A DNA stretch of 64,000 nucleotides from an uncultured delta proteobacterium (GCA_963737905.1 CAVTUQ010000028.1:64001-128000); one strand, 5' to 3'; counted from the first letter of the stretch, positions 22,169 to 34,037 are shown. The notes: generated by a model not told the origin, from the letters alone. A program made the numbers and translations.

Positions 22169-23059
22169 TTAGCGCAGCACACGGCACAATGCCTTAGCGA
22201 TGGTCGGCACTAGGCGGGGCCGTACTAAGCGTGCATCGTAGCGATCTAACCGTCGAGCATTTTCTGTCAGGCACAGCTCGAGAAAGCGGCGTGGGGTAAT
22301 CCCCGTAGTGATCACCTGATGCGCTTTCATGGTAAAATTCTTGTTAGTGCGTGCCCCGAGCGCAATTTTTAGGCGCTTGTGTGCCTGCAAAACTCTTTCC
22401 AAGGCTCCGCGGCCCAGGCGACCTGGCCGTTGCCAGAGCGGACTTCGAACATGGCGGTAGGCTTCCCAATTGACAAAAAAAAGAACGTGACGCGCCTCCT
22501 CCTGTATGACCGGCTCAAACATCTCGACTAAGGGCCGCGGGACCAACCCAGAGTCCCTTGCAATGGCAAAAAGCGCACAGGTGAAAAAGGCATCGAAACA
22601 CTCGCTATAGCCGAAACGCAGGAATTCCCATTCGGCATCCACCGGGGGTTGTGGCGGCGGTAAATCAGGCAGCACAATCCCATAGCGCGTCGTTAGACCT
22701 TGGATAATCGCAGCATGCCGAGCTTCTTCCTGGGCTAGGAGCGTTACAGCCTCGCGTATCAAAGGATCGGTCTCCAGCGTCGCACAGCTCTGAATCGTGC
22801 ATGTCCCCATACATTCGGTCTCCATCGCTTCGGCCCATACGGGCAGGCTGTGGAGCAGTTTGAGGCTACCCTCATCGAGCTCGGGCCACTCGATAGCAGC
22901 AGGATCAAACCTGATATGCGTATCGATAAAAAATCGACAGAACAGTTCTTTGTGTTCCTGCGAACCAACTACGAGCGATCCCGGCCGGCTATTTTGATAG
23001 GCGAGTGTGTTTGTAACGCCGTCGTCGGCTCGCCCCTCTGTCTTCAGGTGGAAAGTCAT
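22169..23059 (-). CDS. Ferritin-like diiron domain protein
   Basis: Two EExRH motifs (EEARH twice) plus ECFDAFF. Confidence 0.8.
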   Translation of the reverse strand: MTFHLKTEGRADDGVTNTLAYQNSRPGSLVVGSQEHKELFCRFFIDTHIRFDPAAIEWPELDEGSLKLLHSLPVWAEAMETECMGTCTIQSCATLETDPLIREAVTLLAQEEARHAAIIQGLTTRYGIVLPDLPPPQPPVDAEWEFLRFGYSECFDAFFTCALFAIARDSGLVPRPLVEMFEPVIQEEARHVLFFVNWEAYRHVRSPLWQRPGRLGRGALERVLQAHKRLKIALGARTNKNFTMKAHQVITTGITPRRFLELCLTENARRLDRYDARLVRPRLVPTIAKALCRVLR

Positions 23060-23217
23060 AAACCGTCCTTTACACTTACGTCTCCAACAACGTCCCGCCC
23101 CTCTTCAACGACATCCTCCGACAGAAGAGACTATGACGGACGCATGCTCAGCGAGTCTATTTGAAGCCTCTTAACAAAATCGGGCCTTAGATGTCCAGCC
23201 CTATCAAACAAAAATGC

Positions 23218-25038
23218 TCAACGGTACCCTTGCGCTTGCAAGCTGAACAGGTGGCCGTAGATGCCTCCCTGGTTGAGGAGATCGTGGTGGCTGCCGATTT
23301 CCGCAATCCGACCCTCTTGGATGACGACGATCCGGTCAGCCATGCGCACGGTGGAAAACCGGTGCGAGATCAAGATCGCCATTTTGCCGACGGTGAGTTC
23401 TTGAAACCGACGGAAGATCTCATATTCAGTCTCGGCGTCCAGCGAAGCGGTAGGCTCATCCAAAACCAGTATGTCTGCATCTCTCATAAACGCTCGGGCC
23501 AGAGCAATCTTCTGCCATTGTCCGACGGAGAGCTCGTGGCCGCCATGAAACCAACGACCCAGCATGGTCTGATAGCCGTCCGGTAGTTTTTCTATGATAG
23601 CATGGGCGCCGCTCTTGCGCGCGGATTCAATGATTTGCTCCAGCCTATTCAATGCTTCGATTTGGCCAAAGCCCACGTTCTCGCTGGCGGGCAGGTGATA
23701 ACGGACGAAATCTTGAAAGATGACGCCGATTCTTTGCCGCAGGTCGAGTGGGTCCAGCTCCCGGATATCGATGCCTTCGATCAAGATCGTGCCCTCAGTC
23801 GGGTCGTAGAGGCGGGTAAGAAGTTTTATCAAAGTTGTTTTGCCGGCGCCGTTGGGTCCCACGAGCGCGATTTTCTCGCCGGGGCGGATCGTCAACTCGA
23901 TATCACGCAAAGCCCATTCTTCGCTTTCCGGATAGCGAAACCCGACGCCGCGAAATTCAATACCGCTACGAAGGGGAACCGGCAGTTCTCGATTTCGAGC
24001 GGCGACGTCCATCTGGGGTTTTAGCCCTAGAAAATCGAAAAGGTTGGCCATGAACAGATTGTTCTCGTAAATGCTGCCGACGGCCGCCAGGATGGCTTGA
24101 AAGGTGGATTGGCCCTGACGAAAAAGGGTCAAGTAAAGGGTCATATCGCCGAGTGAGATCTTCCCCTGCACCGTGTGCCAGACGATCCATGCATAGGAAC
24201 CGTAAAAACCCAGAGTGGCGATGAGACCCAAACCGAATCCCGCGACGGCCCGCCTGAATGCCAACGATTTGTCTTCTTGAAAAAATTTATCGAAAAGCGT
24301 CATGTAACGTGCGAGCAAAGTTTCGCCGAGGTTGAAGAGTTTAATCTCTTTGGCTGAGACGTCTTCCGTGAGCAGCCGCGAGAGGTAGTTGATCTGGCGG
24401 GTTTCCGGCGCCCGGCGGGTGAGGAGTCTAAAACCTTCTTCCGAGAAACGGGTCTCCGCAATGAAAGCGGGGATGCTTGTAACTAAGAGGATGACCACGA
24501 GCCAGGGACTAAAGCGTAGCAGAAGCACGGCGAACGATATCAGCGTGATCGTGTTCTGTACAATCAGGAACGTGTCGTTGATCAAATCTACGGGCTTGTA
24601 TCCCGACTCCCGGCGGGCATTCTGTAAGCGGTCGTAAAAATCGGGATGCTCGAAAAAAGCGAGATCCAAGCTCAGCGCCTTCTGGATAATCTGGCCCCGA
24701 ATGCGGTTGGCAAGTTGGAGCTGGATCAGTTGTTGGATGAGCCGCCGCGTGTGATTGAGCACAGTGCTGAACAAGAAAAGACTCAATTCCAGTATCAGGT
24801 AGACAAAAACCCTCCTGACCTGTTCGGGGTCTGCGCCTCGCTGGATGGATGCCACCACTCCGTCCACAATGAGCTTTCCTACCCAAGCCTGGGATGCTGG
24901 CAGGAGCGCGCCGCCCAAGGTGAGAAAACCCAGGCCCATGGTGGCCCAGCGGTTGGTATGCCATACGAGCTTGACAGCCCTCGGAGTGTGGGCGAAGGAG
25001 CGATGGAATTCCTTCCACCGTTGCGACAAAAGGACCAT
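23218..25038 (-). CDS. ABC-B type exporter, fused permease and ATPase
   Basis: N-terminal transmembrane region; GPNGAGKT, LSVGQWQK, LDEPT and SHR. Confidence 0.93.
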   Translation of the reverse strand: MVLLSQRWKEFHRSFAHTPRAVKLVWHTNRWATMGLGFLTLGGALLPASQAWVGKLIVDGVVASIQRGADPEQVRRVFVYLILELSLFLFSTVLNHTRRLIQQLIQLQLANRIRGQIIQKALSLDLAFFEHPDFYDRLQNARRESGYKPVDLINDTFLIVQNTITLISFAVLLLRFSPWLVVILLVTSIPAFIAETRFSEEGFRLLTRRAPETRQINYLSRLLTEDVSAKEIKLFNLGETLLARYMTLFDKFFQEDKSLAFRRAVAGFGLGLIATLGFYGSYAWIVWHTVQGKISLGDMTLYLTLFRQGQSTFQAILAAVGSIYENNLFMANLFDFLGLKPQMDVAARNRELPVPLRSGIEFRGVGFRYPESEEWALRDIELTIRPGEKIALVGPNGAGKTTLIKLLTRLYDPTEGTILIEGIDIRELDPLDLRQRIGVIFQDFVRYHLPASENVGFGQIEALNRLEQIIESARKSGAHAIIEKLPDGYQTMLGRWFHGGHELSVGQWQKIALARAFMRDADILVLDEPTASLDAETEYEIFRRFQELTVGKMAILISHRFSTVRMADRIVVIQEGRIAEIGSHHDLLNQGGIYGHLFSLQAQGYR

Positions 25039-25193
25039 AGAAACGCCTCCTATACGGAAATGGGCTCGTCAAGATAGTTGGAAGTCCGATCTACCAGTGA
25101 AGAACGACGGCGGTATTCAGAATAACACCGGTGCACTTCGAAGGGTCGTTAATTTGATTCAAAGATTAGACTGGCCCGTCATTCCGCAGGCAG

Positions 25194-26192
25194 CTACAAT
25201 CCCAATTCCTTTTGCGCCTGCCTGAGGTAACTCAAGTCCACGTAGCGTTCCGGTGAGGGTAAAGGCTCTCTGAGAACCCCGTCCCGGGCCTGCACCTCGA
25301 TATTCATCCTCAAGCCATCCAAGGTAACCGCGCCGTCGATAGGAAAGATTTTATTTTTGGTGAAATAATCAACACCCCTGCGAGCGTAGGGCGGCTTGAC
25401 ACCCATTTCTTGAGTGAAGAATTCCGCCGCTTGGTCGGGTTGTTCGTAAATCCAGCGCAGGCTGCGAATGTGGGCCTTGAGGAACCTTATGACGGTGGCG
25501 CGGTTCTTCTCCGACCAAGCGGGGTTGATGGTAACGGCGTTAAATTGATATGTGGGGATCAATTCCAATGTGTCGCCCAGCCGATTGAACCCTTGATCAA
25601 CGGCGATGTCAGAGTATGGGATGCCCAAAACTCCTCCGGCGATCGCACCGCTTTCAAGCGCGGTCAAGCGCGCCGACGTTCCCCCCGAAATCACCACCAT
25701 GGAGAAATCGCGGGGATGGAGGAGCCCTTTGCTCTTCAGATAGTCCAGAAGTATCGATGTCGCCCCCCCGCGCAGCGCCGACACGCCGATCCGCGCTCCT
25801 TTGAGATCATCGATTTTTTTGTAGGCCTTGCCGCCGACCAATACGTATGGAGCGGAATTGTCGACCCCGGCGATGACCTTGAGGTTTCCGCCCTTTTCAT
25901 TGATCACGATGGTCGCATCGGCATTCAAGCTGCCGATCTGAATTTCTCCCGCGAGCAGCGCCGCGAGCTGGACGTCGCTTCGTCCAATCAGGACGGGTTC
26001 AATCCTGATGTTCTCGGCCGCGTAAAAACCCTTCTTCTGGCCGACGTAGTAAGGCATAAAAAAAAGCGTTTTTGAGGTGATTCCTACTTTTACGGTTTGC
26101 GCGCTAACAGCCGGCACTCGAACCAGGCCGCCGAAGAAGAGCATCAGAAATCCGCTCACAATCCGAGCAATCATTGGCAGTCCTTCTTTCAT
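25194..26192 (-). CDS. NitT/TauT (SsuA/THI5-like) ABC substrate-binding protein
   Basis: Signal peptide, KKGFY, DLKGARIGVS and C-terminal YVDLSYL. Confidence 0.85.
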   Translation of the reverse strand: MKEGLPMIARIVSGFLMLFFGGLVRVPAVSAQTVKVGITSKTLFFMPYYVGQKKGFYAAENIRIEPVLIGRSDVQLAALLAGEIQIGSLNADATIVINEKGGNLKVIAGVDNSAPYVLVGGKAYKKIDDLKGARIGVSALRGGATSILLDYLKSKGLLHPRDFSMVVISGGTSARLTALESGAIAGGVLGIPYSDIAVDQGFNRLGDTLELIPTYQFNAVTINPAWSEKNRATVIRFLKAHIRSLRWIYEQPDQAAEFFTQEMGVKPPYARRGVDYFTKNKIFPIDGAVTLDGLRMNIEVQARDGVLREPLPSPERYVDLSYLRQAQKELGL

Positions 26193-26351
26193 GGTTGAAT
26201 AGAAGCGTATCTTATAATGGACGCCGCGACAGTGCCAAGAAGAAAAAAGCGTGAGAAAACGCGATCCTCTTCGTCTTAAATGTTCGGCCCGAGAAATGCA
26301 TAGATCCGATCACAGCGGCAGATTCGTAAGATATCAGAGACGTTAGATGTC

Positions 26352-26882
26352 ATGTATCGCGACAGCCATGAAATCTACCGCTGCCGTTGGATGGGAAAAA
26401 TAATGGAAACGGATGTCAACCGCAAACTTATCGGATGGATTTTGACCCTTGCCTTCGCCGTGAGTATTCTTTCGCATGTTCAATGGCCAACAGACATCGT
26501 CAACGCCCAACAGCGTAGTGCGGAAATCCGTGGGGGCTGCACGAATCAAGACAACGGCCGCCATTTCGCCAGAACTGAGCTTTTCTTCGGAAGAGCCAAA
26601 CCAAGCGGGGCCATGGTGACCGACGAGGAATTCCACAGCTTCCTCGATGAAATTGTCACGCCCCGATTTCCCAATGGATTGACGGCACTTTCTGGGACCG
26701 GGCAATTTCGCGGCTCGAGCGGAATGGTTACACGCGAAGGATCCGTGTTTGTGATATTGCTTTATCCCACTGACGACAAAAGCAGCAGCACGCGCATTGA
26801 AGAAATCCGAGAAACCTATCGGGAAGCCTTCCAGCAGGAATCGGTGCTGCGTGTCGATGGCGAGTCCTGTGTCTCCTTCTGA
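26352..26882 (+). CDS. DUF3574 domain protein (true start probably downstream)
   Basis: RTELFFG, FLDEIVTPRFPNGLT, GQFR and FQQESVLRVD. Confidence 0.85.
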   Translation: MYRDSHEIYRCRWMGKIMETDVNRKLIGWILTLAFAVSILSHVQWPTDIVNAQQRSAEIRGGCTNQDNGRHFARTELFFGRAKPSGAMVTDEEFHSFLDEIVTPRFPNGLTALSGTGQFRGSSGMVTREGSVFVILLYPTDDKSSSTRIEEIRETYREAFQQESVLRVDGESCVSF

Positions 26883-27030
26883 TCGAGTCTATAAAAAAAT
26901 ATCCCCATATCCGCTCTCCTCAGTTCCTCCGAAGCACCAGGACCGATAAGGCCTTATCATATGGATTGACAAGTGAACTCAGACAGCGCTAGTTTCGCCG
27001 TATATCGGTTTCAAACAAAGGAGGAATATT

Positions 27031-27402
27031 ATGGACTTCGTTAGTTTGGATCAAAAGATCGACGAGGCCGGCAGGGACAAAGTCAGAAACACTCATCTTT
27101 TCGAAGCGGGAAATTTTCGCTCGTGGATGCTTTACTTCGAGCCCGGGGACGGTACGCCGATGCACTTTCATCAGAACCCGGAGACCTTTTTGGTCCTCCA
27201 GGGAAAGTGCTCGGTCAAAGATATGAAAGGTGCGGAGCGAATTATCAACAAGAACGATATCGTTTTTTTCGCGGCCAAAGACTACTATCAACTTACCAAT
27301 GTCGGCAGCGATCCGCTGATTCTCTTTGGTAATCGTTCTGAACCCTTCGGCGTTCCCATCACGAGGGCAGGTGAAGAAGCATCCATAGGAAAAGGCGCTT
27401 GA
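27031..27402 (+). CDS. Cupin domain protein
   Basis: PGDGTPMHFHQNPETFLVLQG; AGGAGG RBS. Confidence 0.85.
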   Translation: MDFVSLDQKIDEAGRDKVRNTHLFEAGNFRSWMLYFEPGDGTPMHFHQNPETFLVLQGKCSVKDMKGAERIINKNDIVFFAAKDYYQLTNVGSDPLILFGNRSEPFGVPITRAGEEASIGKGA

Positions 27403-27453
27403 TCTAAAAATTGTGCCGTCTCGTGACGCTGCATATCGAAGGAGGAACCATCT

Positions 27454-27875
27454 ATGCCCGCTGAGTTTATCGATCTTTTAGGCCTGCCTGAATTGGAAAT
27501 CGGTCACAGTAAAAAAGTGTTGTTCACCTCGGATCATTTTCACACCTGGGTTCACGGCGACTACCCGGGAACCAAGGGGCCGATGCACAAGCATACTGCC
27601 GATCAGCAGTTTTATTGCGTTAAAGGAGAGTGCACCTTCCACTTTCCCGACGGCTCCTCGCGACGCCTCACACCTGGCATGCTGGTGACAATACCCGCTG
27701 GCCAACTCTATCAGCTCGACAATACCGGCGATGAATACATGATTCTTTTGGGCGCGCGGGCAGAGGCCGCGGCCAAGCCACGCTTTACCGGCGACGAGCA
27801 GGTCGTAACCGTCAGTGACTATGCGCTACGGAATCTCGATAAAATCAACGCGCCCGAGGAAAAGAAGGCTAGAGC
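27454..27875 (+). CDS. Cupin domain protein (the called ORF reads through into the next gene, probably an indel error)
   Basis: PGTKGPMHKH...FYCVKG and IPAGQLY; AGGAGG RBS; the ORF tail is the signal peptide of the next gene. Confidence 0.75.
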
Positions 27876-27915
27876 CAGGGTTAGGCTCATGAGTCCACAG
27901 GAGAAAGAGACGCCA

Positions 27916-28913
27916 ATGAGAACCAGCTCAAGCTCTTTGCTGTTGCCCTTATTGACTTTTTTGGTTCTCGTCGTCTACGTCTGCGCGCGCTGCCACGCCC
28001 CTGACAAAAGTCGTGATGACGACCGGGTCCCTGAGTGAAAGAGAAGGCGCTCTATACGTTGCGCAAGATTATGGTTTCTTCCGTAAGTACGGCCTCGATG
28101 TGAACTTAGTCCAAGTTCGCAACGGTCCTGTAGGCATGTCTGCGCTGAGCTCGGGAGAGTCTTTGGCACATTGGGGATCGGTATCAGCCGCCAACCTGGG
28201 CGCGATCGCAGAAGGGGCGGATCTCGTTTTTGTCGCCGGCTTCATCAACAAACTAACGGGAACTTTCTTCGCCAATCCAAAGATCAAGACACCGGCGGAA
28301 TTGAAAGGCAAAGTTCTCGGCGTCAATAGTTTGAGCGGCGGCGCCTGGATTTTTACGATGCTGACCCTCGACCACTGGGGCCTTGTGCCGGAGCGAGACA
28401 AGATCCAGTTCAGGGCTCTGGGAGACAGTTCGGTTATCTCCCAAGCGCTTTTGGCGGGCAATGTCGATGCAGCCTATTTAGGATACACGTTCGGCAAGTT
28501 GGTGCAGAGCAAGGGATTCCGCATGCTCGCTGATTTAGAGAAGTTGCCTATTCCTTATCAGGGATCCGGCATTATATCGCGCCGCAGCGCTGATCGCTTC
28601 GTCACCCGTGGTTCTGGAAAACGTCTTGCGCGCATTGCTCGATAGCGTTGCTTTCATCCGTAATCCGGAAAATAAGTCTCAAGTGATCAAGAGCTTGACC
28701 AAAGGACTTCGCCTCAAGCGCGCCGAGGATGCCGAGGAGGGCTACCAGGTCATCGTAAACATTTACGAAAAGAAAATCTATCCGAGCGTCGACGGGATTC
28801 GTAATGTCATCCGTCTACTGGGCCCTAGCAACGAAAAAATTCGCCGTCTTAAGGCGGAAGAGCTGGTAGACGACAGTCTTGTAAGGAAATTGGAGAAGGA
28901 GGGTCGATTCTAG
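27916..28913 (+). CDS. NitT/TauT-family substrate-binding protein, frameshifted
   Basis: Signal peptide from ATG 27916, then ORF 28013-28645 (GFFRKYGLDV, ELKGKVLGV) and ORF 28608-28913. Confidence 0.8.
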
Positions 28914-29041
28914 CTTCTTTCTTCAGCACGCGCGTTCGCCCAATCAATCCTCGTCGAACAGCAACCAGCTCTTAAAAACCCAACTCACCGAGGCATGCAC
29001 TACGAGAAACCAACATCCACTAAATAACTGAATCAAATCCC

Positions 29042-29925
29042 ATGGCGTCTCGGAAATCGAATCACAAGAAACGGAAAGTACAGGCGAAGGCGAGATCGGC
29101 CGGTAGACCCATTTGGAAGGGCGCTATCAATTTTGGTTTGGTCAATATTCCCGTCGCCCTCTATACAGCCGAAGCGGATAGTGGCATAGACTTCGACCTG
29201 CTCGATAAGCGGGACTTCTCTCGCGTTCGATACCGTCGAGTCAATGAAAAGACCGGGCGGGAGGTGCCTTGGGACGAAATCGTCAAGGGTTACCAATACA
29301 AAAAGGGAGAGTACGTCGCGCTGACCGATGACGATTTCATCAAAGCCAACGTTGAAGCAACACAATCCATCGACCTGCTTGACTTTGTCGATGCCGCGGA
29401 TATCAGCCCGATATACTTCGACAAGCCCTATTATTTGGCGCCGCTCAAAAACGGGCAGCGCGCCTATGCGCTGCTGCGTGAGGTCATGAAGCGAACCGGC
29501 AAAGTCGGGATTGCCCGGGTGGTCCTTCGAACCCGCCAGCATTTGGCGGCTTTGCTTGTAGACGGACCTTTGTTGATTTTGAACCTGTTGCGTTTTTTCC
29601 ATGAGTTGCGCAACCCTTCGGTGCTCGACGTCCCCGCCGCCGTCCGCACGGGTCCAGTCAAGAACTCAAGATGGCCGAACAATTAGTCGAAACCATGGCC
29701 GGCAAGTGGAATCCAAAAAAATATCGTGACGAATATCACCGGGATCTACTGCAGATGATCAACAAGAAGATCAAATCCGGTGAGACCAAAACCAGTGAGC
29801 GCGCCGAGGCCGTGCCACGGCCTAAACAGCAGGGCAAAATCATCGATATCATGCACTTGTTGCGGCAAAGTGTAGAGCACGGTCACAAGAAAACTGAGCC
29901 TTCGCGTCGCCGTAAAGCGAGCTAA
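29042..29925 (+). CDS. ku: NHEJ protein Ku, one frameshift near 29670
   Basis: RPIWKGAINFGLVNIPV, EIVKGY and YFDKPYYL; C-terminal YRDEY and IIDIM...L.QS in ORF 29671-29925. Confidence 0.93.
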
Positions 29926-29936
29926 GGCGTCTCAGT

Positions 29937-31894
29937 TTGGAAAGTGTAAAGCTGGAACCCAAAATTGCCAAGATTCAGACTTATCGGAATATCGCCGGAG
30001 CAAGAAAGTCCAAGCTGCCGACTTTCGTTCGACCTCAACTAGCGACACTGGTAGACTCCGTGCCCCAGGGCGATGAGTGGTTGCACGAAATCAAGTTCGA
30101 TGGTTACCGAATTCTATGCCGGATCGATAATAAGCGGGCAAAATTTTTGACCCGGGAAGCGCAAGATTGGACCGCCCGCTTGGGTGCGCTGGTTGAGGCC
30201 GCTCAAGGGTTGCCGGTACATCAGGCCTTTCTAGACGGCGAGGTCGTCGCGCTGGAATCAAACGGCACCACGAATTTCCAGCTTTTACAAAACTCGCTAA
30301 GGCAAAATAGCACCGCAACCCTTGTCTACTTCGTCTTCGATCTGCTCTATCTTGACGGCTGGGATTTCACTCGCTCTTCATTGCAGGACAGAAAAAAAAT
30401 TCTCGAAACGATTCTCAAGCCGAAGCGAGCGAAGAAAGCTCCGAACAGTCTGCGCCACAGCGAGCATTGGATCGGTCAAGGTGATGAACTATATCAAGAA
30501 AGCTGTCGTAAGGGTCTTGAGGGGATTATCTCGAAAAAAGCGGATCAGCCTTACCGTTCGGGGCGAAGTCGTGACTGGCTCAAGGTCAAATGCTCCAAGA
30601 ACCAGGAGTTTGTCATCGGCGGTTTCACGGAACCTGACCGGATCGCGGTCCGGCTTGGGAGCGCTCCTGGTGGGTGTACATGATGAACACGGTAAGTTGC
30701 GCTACGCGGGCAGGGTCGGAACCGGATTCACCCAAAAAAGCCTCCAGGAACTGCGCTCGCGGCTCAACGCACTGGAGCGGAAATCGCCCCCTTTCATCAA
30801 TCCCCCTGAAGGCGCAGATGCTAGAGGCGTTCACTGGGTAGAACCGAAGCTTGTCGGGCGCGGTTGCTTTCGCTGAGTGGACGACAGATAACTTATTACG
30901 CCATCCCTCCTTCCAGGGATTGCGTGAGGACAAACCGGCGGCGCAAGTCACCCGGGAAAACGTGAGTCAGCAAAAAAAATCATCTGCAACGCGCTCCCAA
31001 GGCAACATGGAGGTCGCCGGCATTAAGCTCACCCACCCCGATCGCGTTCTTTATCCCGGTCAGGGAATCACCAAACTTGAGCTAGCTCGATATTACGAGC
31101 AGGTTGCCGATTGGATGATCCCGCACGTCAAAGACCGGCCTCTGACCCTGGTCCGTTGCCCGGAAGGACATCGAAAGCAATGTTTCTACCAGCGGCACGT
31201 AACGGACTCCATTGGTGATCCCATCCGCAGCATCCGCGTCAAAGAAGGACGGTCCATCGCATCCTACATATCGGTTGATTCGACTCCCGGGCTCATCGCG
31301 TTGGTACAGATGGGAGTTCTGGAAATCCATACTTGGGGGTCGCGCCAAGATCATCTCGAGCAGCCGGATCGCCTTATCTTCGACCTCGACCCTGATCCTG
31401 CGCTGTCTTGGAAGCAAATCAGAGAAGCAGCTGAAACGCTCCGGCGGCAAATGTCAGGCTTGGGATTTACCGCCTTTGTAAAAACCACAGGCGGCAAAGG
31501 ACTGCATGTGGTTGTCCCCATCACTCCCAAGCAGGATTGGGACAGGGTGAAGGCTTTTACAAAACAAGTGGCGGAAGACCTGGTTCGCGAAGCGCCGCAG
31601 CTTTACACAGCCACGATGTCGAAGACCAAACGCAAAGGAAAAATTTTTATCGATTATCTGCGCAATGCCCGCACGGCCACGGCGGTCTCCGCTTATTCCA
31701 CGCGCGCTCGGGCCAGCGCGCCGGTATCGGTTCCCGTGCATTGGGAAGAATTGGCGACAGATGTTCGGGGAGAATTTTTTACGATTCGCAATGTCCCACA
31801 CCGGCTGGCGCGCCTCCGCAGGGACCCATGGGAGGGATATGAAAAAGCGCAACGCCCGATCACGAACGCCGTGTTGAAAAAACTGGCTACATAA
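29937..31894 (+). CDS. ligD: DNA ligase D (ligase plus polymerase domains), two frameshifts
   Basis: Ligase motifs EIKFDGYR, EGIISKK, WLKVK, GRVGTGF and RHPSFQGLREDK; polymerase motifs THPDRVLYP, RCPEG, DLDP, KTTGGKGLHV and DYLRN. Confidence 0.93.
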
Positions 31895-31930
31895 AACCTG
31901 TCTCAGGGCATAGAGAATTCCCGATCTATT

Positions 31931-33118
31931 ATGGTTGCTCTGTTGGTTTTCGCCGTGACCCTGCTGGTTGCGGTTTTTTTTTCCGAACTTGCCCGGCGCA
32001 GCGTGCTTTCCACGGCCGTTCTTTTCCTGCTCGCAGGCTTCATCGCCGGCCAAGGGGGGTTCGGGTGGATTTCGGTCCGGCCGACGGATGCAGTCGTCTC
32101 GGAATTTTCCAAGCTCGCATTGTTCAGCGTCCTTTTCACCGACGGCATGCGAGTGGGCGTGCAAGACCTGGTTTCGGGGCGCCACCTGCCCGGGAGAGCG
32201 CTACTGCTGGGTTTCCCGTTAAATCTGCTTTTGACGGCTATGCTGGCACATTGGCTTGTCAGCCTGCCATGGATTGAGGCTTTCCTGCTCGGCGCAGTCC
32301 TCAGCCCGACCGATCCGGTCTTTGCGGCTGCGATCGTAGGGCGAGAAGAAATCCCCAATCGCATACGCCATCTATTGAATGTAGAGAGCGGAGTCAACGA
32401 CGGTCTAGCGCTCCCCTTCGTGCTGATTTTCCTGGCCGTGGCAAGTGGAACGTCGGTAAACGGTTTTCTTCTGATCGGCGAAGTCAGCCTAGGCATTATT
32501 TTGGGCGTTATCGTACCATGGGTCATTCTTCGGCTCGAGAACACCCGGTTCTTTTCGGTAGCCACGCAATACGAATCGTTCGACGCGTTTGCGATAGCCA
32601 TACTGCTTCTAGCCTTGGCATCGCTAACCCATGCCAACGAGTTTTTGGCCGCTTTCTTTGGCGGGGTGACGATCACTAGCTCCTACCCGCAGGTACGGGA
32701 CAGGTTTCACCAGTTTGGCGAGAGGCTAACGGAGCTGCTCAAATTGGCCGCGCTGCTCGTTTTCGGCGCCCTCTTGTCGCCGCAGTTTATCGCCGAAATT
32801 CGCTCCCCCGGTTATCTTTTGGCAGCGTTGATTTTGCTTGCGGTGCGACCTGTGGCTTTGTCGCTTGCCTTAGCCGGGAGTCCGCTTCAATGGCGTGAAT
32901 GGATAACCGTCGTGTGGTTCGGACCACGGGGTTTTGCCTCCGTGGTCTTCGGCTTGATCATTCTGCAATCGGGTATCGAAAGGGCAGACGAGATTTTCCA
33001 TCTCGTCGCGCTGGTAGTCGTCCTTTCTATTTTTGCCCACTCTTCGACAGATGTTCTCCTGTCCCGGCGCCTGTTCGCTCGGCAAACGGAAGAAACAACG
33101 ACAAGACAGCTGGAATAG
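31931..33118 (+). CDS. CPA1/NhaP-type cation:proton antiporter
   Basis: SPTDPV, ESGVNDG and WFGPRG; many transmembrane helices. Confidence 0.9.
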   Translation: MVALLVFAVTLLVAVFFSELARRSVLSTAVLFLLAGFIAGQGGFGWISVRPTDAVVSEFSKLALFSVLFTDGMRVGVQDLVSGRHLPGRALLLGFPLNLLLTAMLAHWLVSLPWIEAFLLGAVLSPTDPVFAAAIVGREEIPNRIRHLLNVESGVNDGLALPFVLIFLAVASGTSVNGFLLIGEVSLGIILGVIVPWVILRLENTRFFSVATQYESFDAFAIAILLLALASLTHANEFLAAFFGGVTITSSYPQVRDRFHQFGERLTELLKLAALLVFGALLSPQFIAEIRSPGYLLAALILLAVRPVALSLALAGSPLQWREWITVVWFGPRGFASVVFGLIILQSGIERADEIFHLVALVVVLSIFAHSSTDVLLSRRLFARQTEETTTRQLE

Positions 33119-33125
33119 TTGTTTG

Positions 33126-34037
33126 CTATTGGCTCGCGCTTCGCCCGTTATCGTTCACAATAATAATTTGAACCCTCCGGTTTTGTTGGCGTCCCGCCTG
33201 GGTCTCATTAGACGCTACCGGATACTCTTCGCCGAGGCCACGGGCGGTGATTCGACCCGCACTAACCCCGTTTTGCACAAGAAAATCCCGGACCGACTCG
33301 GCCCGCCGTTGAGACAATGCGAGATTGTAAGCATCCGAGCCTAGATTGTCAGTATAGCCTTCTATAGTGATCTTGCGCCCGGGGTTTTCTTTGAGGAACT
33401 CCGCTACACTGGTCAGACTCCGTGCAGATCCGGGTTTGAGGTTGGCTTTGTCGAACTCAAAGAGCACGTCACTGAGGGTAAGCTCGAAACCGCGCTCCGT
33501 TTGTTTCGCTTTTAATTCGGCAAATCGCTTTTCCAAGGCTTCCGCGCGATCGGCGGCAGCCCGGGCTTTTTGTTGCGCGTCCTGGGTTTCACGCGCACGG
33601 GCCTCAGCCTTCTGCTGCGCCAACTGGACTTCCCGGCCGCGGGATTCTGCGAGCTGTTTCGCTCGCTCGGCCTCTCGCGTGCGCGTGTCCAGCAAAACTT
33701 TTTCCCGCTGTTGCTTGAGTTGCTGCGTCTCCGCTTCGGCCGCTTTCTGCTGCGCCGTCTCCCGCGCGATCTCGACTCTCTTGTCGGTTAGGTATGCCAG
33801 ATGCGTTACTTCTTGCGCGTTGCCGGTATCTTCCCATTCCTGTTCGGTCCGGCGCAACGCCTGGCTTGCTTCGTAGGAAGCCACTGGCGCGCGAGCAGAT
33901 ATTTCCGGATCCCGCTGGATCTGCTGGTAATTTTCCCTGGCGCGCTCCAAAGCCGGCGGAACCGTAGCGCACGCCATCAACAAGCTCGGTAAAACCGCAA
34001 CCGTATAAAGACCTAAGTAGTTCGACCATCGCTTCAT
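33126..34037 (-). CDS. OmpA-family lipoprotein with DUF4398 and a coiled coil
   Basis: Lipobox LMAC; LSDVLFEFDK, EGYTD, YNLALSQRRA and NRRV. Confidence 0.9.
   Translation of the reverse strand: MKRWSNYLGLYTVAVLPSLLMACATVPPALERARENYQQIQRDPEISARAPVASYEASQALRRTEQEWEDTGNAQEVTHLAYLTDKRVEIARETAQQKAAEAETQQLKQQREKVLLDTRTREAERAKQLAESRGREVQLAQQKAEARARETQDAQQKARAAADRAEALEKRFAELKAKQTERGFELTLSDVLFEFDKANLKPGSARSLTSVAEFLKENPGRKITIEGYTDNLGSDAYNLALSQRRAESVRDFLVQNGVSAGRITARGLGEEYPVASNETQAGRQQNRRVQIIIVNDNGRSASQ

Noticed and set aside
27454-28038. Cupin fused to a signal peptide or binding protein
   Set aside because: The tail is the next gene's signal peptide, with its own ATG at 27916. The read-through is best explained by an indel just before the TAG near 27871.
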